64,000 nucleotides of DNA from Eledone cirrhosa (GCA_964016885.1 OZ024741.1:273668001-273732000), one strand, 5' to 3'; positions 25,158 through 38,384 are shown, numbered from the stretch's first letter. The notes: generated by a model not told the origin, from the sequence alone. Program-made: numbers and translations.

Positions 25158-25581
25158 TGTTTTGTGTTGAACATGATTGTACACGACAACCAATTCTTTA
25201 TATTCAGAAGCTAGGACTTGCAGTAAACATATGTTGATAACTTTGGTCGTATCTTTGGCTAACAACAGTCATCTTAACATTAACCATAACAACACCAACA
25301 ACAAGGAAAAACAACATATAAACGTTGAAACCACTTCAAGTCCACTTAAGATACTATGAGTAGATAATGGGTTTTAATTTAAACTCTTCATATTTTGATA
25401 ACGTGGCATATCAGAGAATGGAACGTTTAGAGGGCTGCTTGACCTACTAGAAATAGAAGCTAAACTTTTCTCTAGATCACATCAAACCATCTTTAATAAA
25501 TGGTTTAGTATATAAATACTATAGTATATATATTTTTTTTCAGTGTGGTCTTACTCTTGGTGGTAGGGTCCGTACCGTAGA

Positions 25582-25690
25582 TGTTTCCGAAGAAGACGGT
25601 CTGATCGAACCCATATAAGTTATATAACTGCTATAGATCAGACCAATATGTCAATATGATCAACCAACCCTCCGAAACGATCGTAAAACA
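25582..25690 (+). ncRNA. Type I hammerhead-like ribozyme, C4 core variant with branched stem II (family P8)
   Basis: TGTTT-CCGAAGA-AGAcGG[GGTCTGATC/GATCAGACC hairpin]...CCcTCC-GAAA-CGATCG-TA-AAACA; (TA)n follows about 65 nt downstream. Confidence 0.65.
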
Positions 25691-25747
25691 ATGATATCAA
25701 TAGGTAAAATAGCTTGACTTTGTTGTTTTTATTTTCATTGTTAATTT

Positions 25748-25790
<43 letters not shown>

Positions 25791-25843
25791 AGAATGGTAT
25801 ACATATATATATATATATACACATATATATATACACATATATG

Positions 25844-25911
<68 letters not shown>

Positions 25912-25943
25912 TATATACACATATATGACAATATATATATATG

Positions 25944-26017
<74 letters not shown>

Positions 26018-26020
26018 TAT

Positions 26021-26224
26021 AAGAGAATGATAGTTTTAAAAAAGAGATGTCCCACACGGGAGAAAGTATAAGGAAAAGAAATTGAAAATACAACTGGAGA
26101 ATTTAAGAATATTTATTTATTTACTTTACCGTTTTCACAGTTCTTATGATTTTCAAAAGTAAAATTGTGATGGCGGGTTTGTGTTTCTATTGTGGTTTGT
26201 CTCGCATCTGGTTTGTGTTCGAAG
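26021..26224 (-). mobile_element. PLE footprint family P6, diverged copy with a TTGAAAA-core HHR at 26123-26160
   Basis: Homologous to 56462-56678; minus strand reads ACTT-TTGAAAA-TCATaagaaCTGT-GAAA-ACGG-TA-AAGT. Confidence 0.75.
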
Positions 26225-26452
26225 ATATATATGTGTATATATATGTATATATATATATATATAAAAGTAAGTGCAGCATAATCGAAGCTCTGGCTGCAGC
26301 CAAGCTAACGAATGAAATCGGGATGTGCAACTAAGCACTCAATAAGGTATTTTACCTTAGAGTTATAACATTAAGTTTAGACAGCTTTGCAAATTGAAGG
26401 CAGTGGCCGATAAGCCAGCCGCAGTGACCAAAGCAACGAAAAAAACTGACTC

Positions 26453-26595
<143 letters not shown>

Positions 26596-26638
26596 TGTGT
26601 GTGTGTGTGTGTGTGTATTCATTTATTAAGGCTAAACA

Positions 26639-26688
26639 GCTTGTTACTCTGGTGATTCGCCTGTTTATCACAGCTTCATCAGGCAAGC
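26639..26688 (-). ncRNA. Type I HHR, family P7 (slightly decayed)
   Basis: Minus strand reads GCTTGC-CTGATGA-A-GCTGTgataaACAGGC-GAAT-CACCAGAG-TA-ACAAGC; sister copies at 37701 (GAAA-CTCCGAG-TA) and 39223 restore the consensus. Confidence 0.7.
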
Positions 26689-27032
26689 AATCTCGACGCT
26701 CAGTTCGGTCACTAGCGACCATGGTATTTGCACCCCTTTGAAGCACAAGTCTCATGCATGCCGCCAGTCACCCATGAATACCAGTCTCCCCTCTCCCCGA
26801 CATTAAGCAAAAACATAAGCATGGGTAACTGAACCATGTTTTCCTTCTGGCTTGCAACACTTGCTAAAGTTTTACGGCTGTTGCATTTTTTTTTTTTTTT
26901 TCATGAATGTGGAAAGGTTTAATCTGAATGTAAGAAAATTAAAATCCAATAAAAATATTGGCTGGTACGTTAATTTGTTAACGACAGCAACAGTTGACTG
27001 ATAAAATGACAAGACAGTCAATCATATTGTGA

Positions 27033-27165
27033 AAGCGCATGGCTTAGTCGTTAGAACATTGGGCTTGTGAGTTTAAATTCTCGGGCCGGGTGATGTGTTG
27101 TTTCCTTGAGCAAGACACTTTATTTCACGTTGCTCCAGTTTACTCAGCTGTAGAAATGAGATGAT
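27033..27165 (+). mobile_element. CORE-type SINE fragment
   Basis: gcgcatggcttagtcgttag...ccttgagcaagacactttatttcacgttgctccag. Confidence 0.85.
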
Positions 27166-27592
27166 AGGGACTGGGGTCCATATCATTAAATCACCCAAGA
27201 CACCTCCAACGAGATATACCTTGGAGGAGGCCAGCTAAACCTGCATAGGTGGCCTCCCCACAGCCCCGGCGGACAGAATGGAGAAGGCGTTTCCCCGGGG
27301 GACGGCAAGGGAGACGCGCTAGAAAAGCCATTCCAACTCACGAGGCTCACACCTGTGGCTGGCCAGAACAGCGCTTATGGTGGTGAGTAGGGAGGTGGCC
27401 CTAGGGCCGAGGACACCAGAACTCTCCACTGCCAAGGGTTCGACCAACAGCATGGGTATATGTAAGTTTTTGCTTAATGTCAGTATACGTACATAGGTAA
27501 AGTAAATCTAAAGTCTTAAACCAGAAAGCTTGTTAGGCCGGTGCTTATCCTGGTTTCATGGCGTGAAGCAACTGAGAGTACAGCACTTGTTG

Positions 27593-27737
27593 GAACTCAT
27601 TTTCAGCTGAATATACTGGAGCAACGTGAAATGAAGTGTTTTGCTCAAGAATACAACACGCCATCCAGCCCAGGAATCGAACCCACAACATTATGACTGT
27701 AAGTTCAACACCCTAACCACTATGCTACCTGCCTCCA
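27593..27737 (-). mobile_element. CORE-type SINE
   Basis: Reverse complement of B-box (ggaatcgaaccc) and CORE (aagtgttttgctcaaga). Confidence 0.85.
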
Positions 27738-27777
27738 CACAGTAAACCTAGTGGGCCGATAATTTTGAAATCGATAG

Positions 27778-27966
27778 GGCGGTGCATTGGTAGTTTTGGT
27801 AGAGAGTCGGACGCCATGCTTTACAACATAGAGTTACGGCCCTTTACTTTCTGAGTTCAAATCCCGCCGAGGTTAACTTTGCCTTTCATCCTTACGGGGT
27901 CGATAAAATAAAGTACCAGTAATGCACTGGGATAATTGCTGGCCTTGTGCCAAAAGTAGAAACACT
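27778..27966 (+). mobile_element. Nin/Deu-domain SINE (full length)
   Basis: ggcggtgcattgg...gagttcaaatcccgcc...gcctttcatccttacggggtcgataaaataaagtacc. Confidence 0.9.
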
Positions 27967-28083
27967 ATAGAAAGCGATAAATAAGAAACAGATTTGACAA
28001 AATAAGTACAGGGTGGGGTTCATATGATGATTGACTAAATCCCTTGAAGGCCGTGCCTCAGCAAGGCAACGATATGTATATGC

Positions 28084-28137
<54 letters not shown>

Positions 28138-28153
28138 GCATATATATATATAT

Positions 28154-28210
28154 ATATCACGCTGAAAACACCGGTTCTCGTCCGATCACCGAAGTTAAGC
28201 AACGTGGAGC
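28154..28210 (+). pseudogene. 5S rRNA fragment (about nt 11-67)
   Basis: ATATCACGCTGAAAACACCGGTTCTCGTCCGATCACCGAAGTTAAGCAACGTGGAGC resembles metazoan 5S rRNA including box A (AGTTAAGC); box C and both ends are missing. Confidence 0.85.
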
Positions 28211-28566
28211 AACGATAGAAAAAGTAAAAGCAGTAAAAGAATAAAGTGAACACAAAGTCGAATTAATAACAACAATATTTCACATCGACGATACCTTGGG
28301 TTTCGTGTTACAGCCTTATGCTAAGATTCATATTAATCTCTAGATATTTCTATCTTGGGTGTGTATTGAACACTGTTGCTGCACGGAAGACAAGCAAATA
28401 AAATCAATACATACACACACACTCTGTCTGTGTGTGTATATATATATATATATACATACACACATATATATGCATATGTATAAACACATTAAACGCATGT
28501 GCATTCACTAACAGAGACACATATATATATGCATATACACATATCAGAATTTAGCATTCACACACA

Positions 28567-28633
<67 letters not shown>

Positions 28634-29084
28634 GATATATTATATTTTTGGATAAACTCGTATATTTGACATTCAGTTAATTCACACACAAATAAAATAG
28701 ATGTGCGTGTTTATAACAGAAACATTATCACTATATCGATCAATCGGTCAATCAGTCACAGATCGAATCACATTCTCTCAATCCAATTTAAATATATTTA
28801 TTTTAATTATTTCATATAATTGAAATATTATGAAAAAAAAAATCCTTCGGAAAAAGCCATCTTAAAGGGGGGATGGTGTAGGGGTTTGAGGAGGAATGAA
28901 GGGGTGGCCATGTGTAATGTATTATGATGGATGTTGTGGGAGGCTGAAGTGGATAGAGAAAAGAATTAAAGATAGAAAGAAGGCGTAACTGTGTTTATCG
29001 TATCGTCAGTTTTCAGTACTCGACTGCCTCTGTTCAAATTAAATCCCAAAATAATGAGATTTTTAAGGGGGCGGGGAAGGAGGG

Positions 29085-30050
29085 TTGGCTGGTTTGTCGG
29101 ATTGTTGGGTTACTGGCTGGTTTGCTGGTTTGTTGGTTTGTAGGTTTGTAGGTTTGTTGGTTTGGTGGTTAGTAGGTTTGTTGACTGGTTTGTTGGTTTG
29201 TTGGGTAACTGGTTGGTTTGTTGGTTTGTTGGGTTACTGGCTGGTTTGTAGGTTTGTTGGTTTGTTGGTTTGTAGGTTTGTTGGTTTGGTGGTTAGTAGG
29301 TTTGTTGACTGGTTTGTTGGTTTGTTGGGTAACTGGTTGGTTTGTTGGTTTGTTGGGTTACTGGCTGGTTTGTTGGTTTGTTGGTTTGGTGGTTGGTAGG
29401 TTTGTTGACTGGTTTGTTGGTTTGTTGGGTTACTGGCTAGTTTGCTGGTTTGTTGGTTTGTAGGTTTGTTGGTTTGTTGGTTTGTAAGTTTGTTGGTTTG
29501 GTGGTTAGTAGGTTTGTTGGTTTGGTGGTTAGTAGGTTTGTTGACTGGTTTGTTGGTTTGTTGGGTTACTGGCTGGTTTGTTGGTTTGTTGGTTTGTAGG
29601 TTTGTTGACTGGTTTGTTGGTTTGTTGGGTTACTGGCTGATTTGTTGGTTTGTTGGTTTTTGGTTTGTTGGTTTGTTGGGTTACTGGCTGGTTTGTTGGT
29701 TTGTTGGTTTGTAGGTTTGTTGGTTTGTTGGTTTGTTGGTTTGTAGGTTTGTTGGTTTGGTGGTTAGTAGGATTGTTGGTTTGGTGGTTAGTAGGTTTGT
29801 TGGTTTGGTGGTTAGTAGGTTTTGTTGGCTGGTTTGTTGGTTTGTTGGTTTGGTGGTTAGTAGGTTTGTTGACTGGTTTGTTGGTTTGTTGGGTTACTGG
29901 CTGGTTTGTTGGTTTGTTGGTTTGTTGGTTTGTAGGTTTCTCGGCTTGGTGGTTAGTAGGTTTGTTGGTTGGTTTGTTGGTTTGTTGGGTTACTGGCTGG
30001 TTTGTTGGTTTGTTGGGTTACTAGTTTGTTTGTTTGTTAGTAGGTTTGTT
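29085..30050. repeat. G/T-rich degenerate satellite built on GGTTTGTT
   Basis: Recurrent ggtttgtt, gggttactggct and ggtggttagta blocks. Confidence 0.95.
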
Positions 30051-30118
30051 GGCGGTGGTGGTGGTGGTGGTGGTAGTAGTATTAGTAGAGGTCTTGCTGA
30101 TGTTCATGATTATCATAA

Positions 30119-30169
30119 TGCTGCTGCTGCTGCTGCTGCTACTACTACTACTACTACTACTACTACTAT

Positions 30170-30258
<89 letters not shown>

Positions 30259-30259
30259 T
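30119..30259. repeat. (CTG)n(CTA)n microsatellite
   Basis: Direct reading. Confidence 0.95.
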
Positions 30260-30674
30260 AGGAAGGTAGAACTATAATAGAAAATGTAATGGAATGAAAA
30301 ATAAAATGCAAAATATAAAAAAAAGAACAAAAACAAAGAAAAAGAAGATGAAGGGGAAGGCAAAGAAGAAAAACTGAAAATGAATTTTTGTTACATTTAG
30401 TCGCCACCACCAACAACAACAGCAACAACGACACCACCACCACCAACAACAGCAACAACAACAACGACACCACCAACACTACCCCACCAACACCACCAAC
30501 AGCACTCAATGTAAAACTAACAGGTTTCTATATTGTATTCCACTGACATAATTAATGGTTCCTCGCACATACACACACACATATATATATACACTCACAC
30601 ACACACACACATATATATATATACACTCACACACACACATACGCACATATATATATACACTCATATACACACAT

Positions 30675-30718
<44 letters not shown>

Positions 30719-30969
30719 TCATACACACACACACATACACATACATATATATATATATACACACTCTCTCTCACACACACACATATATATATATATACAC
30801 TCACACACACACATACGCACATATATATATACACTCATATACACACATACACACATACACATATATATATATATATATATACTCATACACACACACACAT
30901 ACACATACATATATATATATACACTCTCTCTCACACACACACACACATATATATATACACTCACACACT

Positions 30970-31036
<67 letters not shown>

Positions 31037-31259
31037 TCACACACACATACACACATATATATATATATATACATACACATGACACACACACATACTCACA
31101 CATACACATCACACACACAAACACACACTCACATATATGCATACATACACATACTCAAACATACACATGACACACACACACAATACACACAAGTATACTC
31201 ACATATACACTTTCTTTCTTTTTCCTTTCTCTTTCACTCCGCTCCTCCTGTATCCCGTC

Positions 31260-31650
31260 GCCTCTTTTCTCCCCTTCTCTTTAACCCCCCTCTCCCCCCT
31301 CTTTAACCCCACCTGTCCTCTCCTCCCCTCTCTTTCACCCACCTTCCTCTCTTCCCCTCTCTTTAACCCCACCTATCCTCTTTCCCCCTCTCTTTCACCC
31401 CTACCTTCCTCTCCCCCTCTCTTTTACCCTTCCCTTCCTCTCTCCCCCTCTCTTTAACCCCAGCCATCCTCTCTCCCCCTCTCTTTCACCCCTACCTTCC
31501 TCTCTCACCCTCTCTATCACCCCCTCCCTTCCTCTCTTCTCCTCTCTTTCACACCACACGCTCTTCTCTCGCCCTCTGTTCACTCCAATCTCTCCACCGC
31601 TCTCACCTCACCTCACCTCTCTCTCTCCTACCCATCTCCCCCACCCCACT
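31260..31650. repeat. Polypyrimidine minisatellite (ctctccccctctcttt(a/c)accc)
   Basis: About 30-bp degenerate unit repeated. Confidence 0.85.
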
Positions 31651-31750
31651 CCACCATTAGCCTACAACTTGACAGCAAGATGGAGAAGACAAAAGCTGAT
31701 TTAAATTGAAATTTGAAGATTTAATTGTATTTGAAAAAACCAAAAAGAAA

Positions 31751-31874
31751 CATCATCGTCATCATCATCATCATCATCATCATCATTATCAACAACGCTA
31801 TTATCATTATCATCGTCATCGTCCTCCTACTTCTCCTCACTATCACCATCATCATCATCATCACCACCACCATC

Positions 31875-31906
<32 letters not shown>

Positions 31907-31918
31907 CAACATCATCAT

Positions 31919-31950
<32 letters not shown>

Positions 31951-32054
31951 TCATCGCCATCATCATAATCGTCATCATCACCATCATCATCATCGTCATC
32001 ACCATCATCATAATCGTCACCACCACCATCATCATCAAGGTCAACACCACCATC

Positions 32055-32086
<32 letters not shown>

Positions 32087-32192
32087 CATCATCATCGTCG
32101 GCGTCGCCGTCATCTTTACTCTCATCACCATCACCATCATCGTTATCGTCATCGACACCCTCACCATTATCATGGCTATCATCATCATCATC
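31751..32192. repeat. (CAT/CAC)n microsatellite
   Basis: Direct reading. Confidence 0.95.
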
Positions 32193-32230
32193 AAGAAGAA
32201 CAACAGTAATAACTATAACAGCAAGAACAA

Positions 32231-35200
32231 TGGAGTGGTGGGGTGGTTGTGGTTGTGGGTGTGTTGGTGGTGTGGGTGTGTTGGTGGTGTGGGGGTGTTG
32301 GTGGTGTGGGTGTGGGTGTGTTGGTGGTGTGGTGGTGTGGTGGGTGTGTTGGTGGTGTGGTTGTAGGTGTGTTGGTGGTGTGGGTGTGTTGGTGGCGTGG
32401 GTGTGTTGGTGATGTGGGTGTGGGTGTATTGGTGGTGTGGTGGTGTGGTGGTGTGGTGGGTGTGTGGGTGGTGTGGATGTATTGGTGGTGTGGGTGTGGG
32501 TGTGTTGGTGGTGTGGTGGTGTGGTGGGTGTGTGGGTGGTGTGGGTGTGTTGGTGGTGTGGGTGTGTTGGTGGTGTGGGTGTGGGTGTGTTGGTGGTGTG
32601 GGTGTGGGTGTGTTGGTGGTGTGGTGGTGTGGTGGGTGTGTGGGTGGTGTGGGTGTGTTGGTGGTGTGGGTGTGTTGGTGGTGTGGGTGTATTGGTGGTG
32701 TGGGTGTGGGTGTGTGGGTGGTGTGGTGGTGTGGTGGGTGTGTGGGTGGTGTGGGTGTGTTGGTGGTGTGGGTGTGTTGGTGGTGTGGGTGTATTGGTGG
32801 TGTGGTGGGTGTGTGGGTGGTGTGGGTGTGTTGGTGGTGTGGGTGTGTTGGTGGTGTGGGTGTGTTGGTGGTGTGGGTGTGGGTGTGTTGGTGGTGTGGT
32901 GGTGTGGTGGGTGTGTGGGTGGTGTGGGTGTGTTGGTGGTGTGGGTGTGTTGGTGGTGTGGGTGTATTGGTGGTGTGGGTGTGTTGGTGGTGTGGGTGTG
33001 TTGGTGGTGTGGGTTTGGGTGTGTTGGTGGTGTGGTGGTGTGGTGGGTGTGTGGGTGGTGTGGGTGTGTTGGTGGTGTGGGTGTGTTGGTGGCGTGGGTG
33101 TGTTGGTGGTGTGGGTGTGGGTGTGTTGGTGGTGTGGTGGTGTGGTGGGTGTGTGGGTGGTGTGGATGTGTTGGTGGTGTGGGTGTGTTGGTGATGTGGG
33201 TGTGTTGGTGGTGTGGTGGGGTGGTTGTGGTTGTGGGTGTGTTGGTGGTGTGGGTGTGTTGGTGGTGTGGGTGTGTTGGTGGTCTGGTGGGGTGATGTGG
33301 TTGTAGGTATGTTGGTGGTGTGGGTGTGGGTGTGTTTTGTGGTGTGGGTTGTGTTGGTGGTGTGGTGGTGTGGTGGGTGTGTGGGTGGTGTGGGTGTGTT
33401 GGTGGCGTGGGTGTGTTGGTGGTGTGGGTGTGGGTGTGTTGGTGGTGTGGTGGTGTGGTGGGTGTGTGGGTGGTGTGGATGTGTTGGTGGTGTGGGTGTG
33501 TTGGTGATGTGGGTGTGTTGGTGGTGTGGTGGGGTGGTTGTGGTTGTGGGTGTGTTGGTGGTGTGGGTGTGTTGGTGGTGTGGGTGTGTTGGTGGTCTGG
33601 TGGGGTGATGTGGTTGTAGGTATGTTGGTGGTGTGGGTGTGGGTGTGTTTTGTGGTGTGGGTTGTGTTGGTGGTGTGGTGGTGTGGTGGGTGTGTGGGTG
33701 GTGTGGGTGTGTTGGTGGTGTGGGTGATGTGGTGTGTTGGTGGTGTGGGTGTGTTGGTGGTGTGGGTGTGTTGGTCGGGTGGGTGTGTGGGTGGTGTGGG
33801 TGTGTTGGTAGGTTGGTGTGTTGGTGGTGTGGGTGTGTTGGTCGGGTGGGTGTGTGGGTGGTGTGGGTGTGTTGGTGGTGTGGGTGGTGTGGTGTGTTGG
33901 TGGTGTGGGTGTGTTGGTTGGGTGGTGGGGTGGTTGTGGTTGTGGTGGGGTGGGGTGGTTGTGGGTGTGTTGGTGGTGTGGGTGTGTTTTGTGATGTGGG
34001 TGTGTTGGTGGTGTGGTGGGGTGGTTGTGGTTGTGGGTGTGTTGGTGGTGTGGGTGTGTTGGTGGTGTGGGTGTGTTGGTGGTGTGGGTGTGTTGGTGGT
34101 GTGGGTGTGTTGGTGGTGTGGTGGGGTGGTTGTGGTTGTGGGTGTGTTGGTGGTGTGGGTGTGTTGGTGGTGTGGGTGTGTTGGTGGTATGGTGGTGTGG
34201 GTGTGTTGGTGGTGTGGGTGTGTTGGTGGTATGGTGGTGTGGGTGTGTTGGTGGTGTGGTGGTGTGGGTGTGTTGGTGGTGTGGGTGTGTTGGTGGTATG
34301 GTGGTGTGGGTGTGTTGGTGGTATGGTGGTGTGGGTGTGTTGGTGGTGCGGGTGTGTTGGTGGTGTGGGTGTGTTGGTGGTGTGGGTGGTGTGGTGTGTT
34401 GGTGGTGTGGGGTGTGTTGGTGGTGTGGGTGTGTTGGTGGTGCGGGTGTGTTGGTGGTGTGGGTGTGTTGGTGGTGTGGGTGGTGTGGTGTGTTGGTGGT
34501 GTGGGTGTGTTGGTGGTGTGGGTGTGTTGATGGTGTGGGTGTGTTGGTGGTGTGGGTGTGTTGGTGGTGTGGGTGTGTTGATGGTGTGGGTGTGTTGGTG
34601 GTGTGGGTGTGTTGATGGTGTGGGTGAGTTGGTGGTGTGGGTGGTGTGGTGTGTTGGTGGTGTGGGTGTGTTGGTGGTGTGGGTGTGTTGATGGTGTGGG
34701 TGTGTTGGTTGGGTGGGTGATGTGGTTGTGGGTGTGTTGGTGGTGTGGGTGTGGGCGTGTTTGTGGTGTGGGTGTGGGTGTGTTGGTGGTGTGGGTGTGT
34801 TCGTTGGGTGTGGGTTGATGTGGTTGTGGGTGTGTTGGTTGGGTGGTGTGGGTAATGTGGTTGTGGGTGTGTTGGTGGTGTGGGTGTGTTGGTTGAGTGG
34901 TGGGGTGCTGTGGTTGTGGGTGTGTTGGTGGTGTGGTGGGGTGATGTGGTTGTGGGTGTGTTGGTGGTGTGGGTGTGTTGGTGGTGTGGGTGTGGGCGTG
35001 TTTGTGGTGTGGGTGTGGGTGTGTTGGTGGTGTGGGTGTGTTCGTTGGGTGTGGGTTGATGTGGTTGTGGGTGTGTTGGTTGGGTGGTGTGGGTAATGTG
35101 GTTGTGGGTGTGTTGGTGGTGTGGGTGTGTTGGTTGAGTGGTGGGGTGCTGTGGTTGTGGGTGTGTTGGTGGTGTGGTGGGGTGATGTGGTTGTGGGTGT

Positions 35201-36200
35201 GTTGGTGGTGTGGGTGTGTTGGTGGTGTGGTGGGGTGATGTGATTGTGGGTGTGTTGGTGGTGTGGTGGGGTGATGTGGTTGTGGGTGTGTTGGTGGTGT
35301 GGTGGGGTGATGTGGTTGTGGGTGTGTTGGTGGTGTGGGTGTATTGGTGGTGTGGGTGTGTTGGTGGTGTGGGTGTGGGTGTGTTGGTGGTGTGGGTGTG
35401 TCGGTGGTGTGGGTGTGTCGGTGGTGTGGGTGTGTCGGTGGTGTGGGTGTGTTGGTGGTGTGGGTGTGTTGGTTGGGTGGGTGGTGGGGTGATGTGGTTG
35501 TGGGTGTGTTGGTGGTGTGGGTGTGTTGGTTGGGTGGTGGGGTGCTGTTGTTGTGGGTGTGTTGGTGGTGTGTGTGTCTTGGTGGTGTGGGTGTGTTGGT
35601 TGGGTGGTGGGGTGATGTGGTTGTGGGTGTGTTGGTGGTGTGGTGATGTGGGTGTGTTGGTGGTGTGGGTGTGTAGGTGGTGTGGTGGGGTGATGTGGTT
35701 GTGGGTGTGTTGGTGGTGTGGTGGTGTGGGTGTGTTAATCGGGTGGGTGTGTAGGTGGTGTGGTTGTGTTGGTGGGGTGAGTGTGTTAGTGGGGTGAGTG
35801 TGTTAGTGGTATGGGTGTGTTGGTTGTGTGGGTGTGTTGGTGGGGTGAGTGTGTTGGTGGTGTGGGTGTGTTGGTGGTGTAGGTGTCGGTTGGGGTAGGG
35901 TGGTGGTGTGGCTGTGGGGTGGTATGGATGGAGGGTGAGTGGTGATAGGTGGAGGGTGAATGGTAGTGGGTGGAGGGTGAATGGTGATGGGTGGAGGGTG
36001 GGTGGTGGTGGGTGGAGGGTGAGTGGTTGTGTGTGGAGGGCGGGAGGTGGTAGGCGGGGGGTGTAGTGGTAGTGTGTGGAGGGGTGAGTGGTGGTGGTTG
36101 GAGGGTGAATGTGGTGGGTGGAGGGTGAATGGTGGTGGGTGGAGGGGGAGTTGTCGTGGTTGGAGGATGAGGCGTGGTGGGTGGAGGGGAGGGGTGGTGC
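32231..36200. repeat. About 4-kb G/T satellite, 17-bp base unit GGTGTGTTGGTGGTGTG with higher-order duplications
   Basis: Almost no A or C on the + strand; block duplications with a period of about 313 bp (33213/33526) and about 241 bp (34751/34992). Confidence 0.95.
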
Positions 36201-36289
36201 TTTAAGGAATTGAATAGAAAATAGGTGAATAAAGTCTAAATAGTGAAGACAATATGGCGGGTGATGATTGATGAGTGAAGCCAGAGATT

Positions 36290-36750
36290 GTGGAGGAGGA
36301 GGAGGAGATGAAGAAGGAGAAGATGAAGAAAAAGAGGAAAAAAAAGAAGAATGTGAAGAAGATTAAGTAGGAGGAGGAGGACGAGGAAGAGAAGTAGAAG
36401 AAGAGGAAGATGAAGAAGAAGAAGAAGAAGAAGAAGAAGAAGAAGAAGAAGAAGAAGAAGAAGAAGAAGAAGAAGAAGAAGAAGAAGAAAAATAAAAATA
36501 ACAATAAGAAGAAGAATGTAAAGAAGATGAAGGAGGAGGTGGTGGAGAAGAAGAAGAAGAAGAAGAAGAAGAAGAAGAAGAAGAAGAAGAAGAAGAAGAA
36601 GAAGAAGAAGAAGAAGAAGAAGAAGAAGAAGAAGAAGAAGAATAAGAAGAAAAATAACAATAAGAAGAAGAATGTAAAGAAGAAGAAGAAGAAGAAGAAG
36701 AAGAAGAAGAAGAAGAAGAAGAAGAAGAAGAAGAAGAAGAAGAAGAAGAA
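36290..36750. repeat. (GAA)n tract with a duplicated interruption
   Basis: aaaataacaataagaagaagaatgtaaagaaga occurs at about 36495 and about 36651. Confidence 0.95.
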
Positions 36751-37362
36751 CTAAGACCGAAATTATGAGTCTGCTTTGCGATGCGAAACTCCGTAAGGAC
36801 ACAGTTATAGCTACACGTATATTTGAATATATTTAACGAAAGAAAACATTCAACAATGATGAAATCATTTAAAGAATGAAAGTATTCGATTATGAAAGCA
36901 TTTCGTAATTTGGTACGTAAATTCCATATAAGCAATATTTCAATGAAATTCAACTTTAGTTGAAGTGAATCATTAGCAAATCTAAATATCAGTACTTCAA
37001 TTCTTTTCATATATTTTTTCTCATATTTTTATATATCATATTCACAAATAGCTTCTGGTATTTCTTGGTGGCTTGCGTCGTTAAAAGCCATAGAATATAA
37101 AGTTCACAAGAATGGTAAAGTTTGTTTGCAGTGAGGTGTGTAGAATATAAAAAATTAGTCGCTCTTGTTCTTCGTGCGAGAGTAAGGAAATGAAAAGAAA
37201 ATCTGAAATGGAATATTTAGTTTCGTAGGAAAGGAGGAAAGAAGGAAAGAAAGGAATTAGATAGGTGATTAAACATGAATAGTTATGGGAGAAGGCAAGG
37301 AAAGGCTAGAAAACAGAAGGGTCAGGAAAGGGAGATAAATAAGTACAATATCTCAAATAACT

Positions 37363-37490
37363 ATGGTAAGTCCCCGACTTACAAACGAGTTACGTTCCAA
37401 GAGGCCGTTCGGTAGTTGATTTGTTCGTTAGTTGATCGTCTAACACAGTACGTACCAGTAAGCACATATATGTTACATTGGTACTGTAGG
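37363..37490 (+). mobile_element. Tigger/pogo-like DNA transposon end fragment
   Basis: ggtaagtccccgacttacaaacgagttacgttcc resembles Tigger-type TIR/subterminal sequence; no second end is seen. Confidence 0.5.
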
Positions 37491-37654
37491 TTTCCATATA
37501 TATATATATTATATATAGAGGTATATATAACATGTAATATAGAGGTATATATATATACAATATATAGAGGTATATATAACATGTAATATATAAAATGTAT
37601 ATAAAACATGTAATATATAACATGTAATATAGAGAGAAAAGAGTACTCAATACC

Positions 37655-37735
37655 GAAGTAGATTTTTAATATTTATTTTATTAAGTCCTATGAGTGAGTC
37701 TTGTTACTCGGAGTTTCGCCTGTTTATCACAGGGT
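37655..37735 (-). mobile_element. Family P7 footprint (HHR from stem II onward)
   Basis: Minus strand reads CCTGTgataaACAGGC-GAAA-CTCCGAG-TA-ACAAGactcact...cttaataaaa. Confidence 0.7.
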
Positions 37736-38384
37736 ATATATACAGGGTATATATATATATAAGAAAGTAAGTCCATAGAATCATTTGATAAAATATATAC
37801 AGTATTTCTCCTCCCAATCAGCATAATCAACCACATAAAAAATCAATTAAACGAGGCTATAAGTTTAAAATGTACCTATGAAGAAACAATAGATAAATAA
37901 ATGATAGCTATTTTATCCGCGATCAACCGCCACAGAAGATTTACCTAGTATTTCTAATAGCCGGTAGAAATTGACAAGACATATAGCCAACCATACACAA
38001 TTAGGTACAAAATCAAAGTTAGAAGAAAAAATGTACATAAACATACCAAAATTATGTTTCTACCCCATGAGGTTTCATTCGCTTTTTGGAAATATCCGAT
38101 CATGGATAAATCAACGAGTTTCGAAATCATCAGGCAACAAACTTCATTGGACAAACATTTTTCTTAAATGATCGCCGCCAGAAACGAATTAAAAATGGCT
38201 AAAAATTGTCACATGGCCAGTGGTCAAGTCAGAAAGCTTGTGACTGGTGCCTGACGGCGAGTAGGCTGGTTGCTAGAAAGAGCAGCCGAATACTGCCTAA
38301 ATTTTTACTCAACCATACGGGAGTATATAAAATATATAGGTTTACATATTCATAAACTAGACAGAGCCATAGATACACACACAT

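Noticed and set aside
31706-32366. His-rich or Ile-rich protein exon
   Set aside because: Pure (CAT/CAC)n repeat with no supporting splice or domain context.
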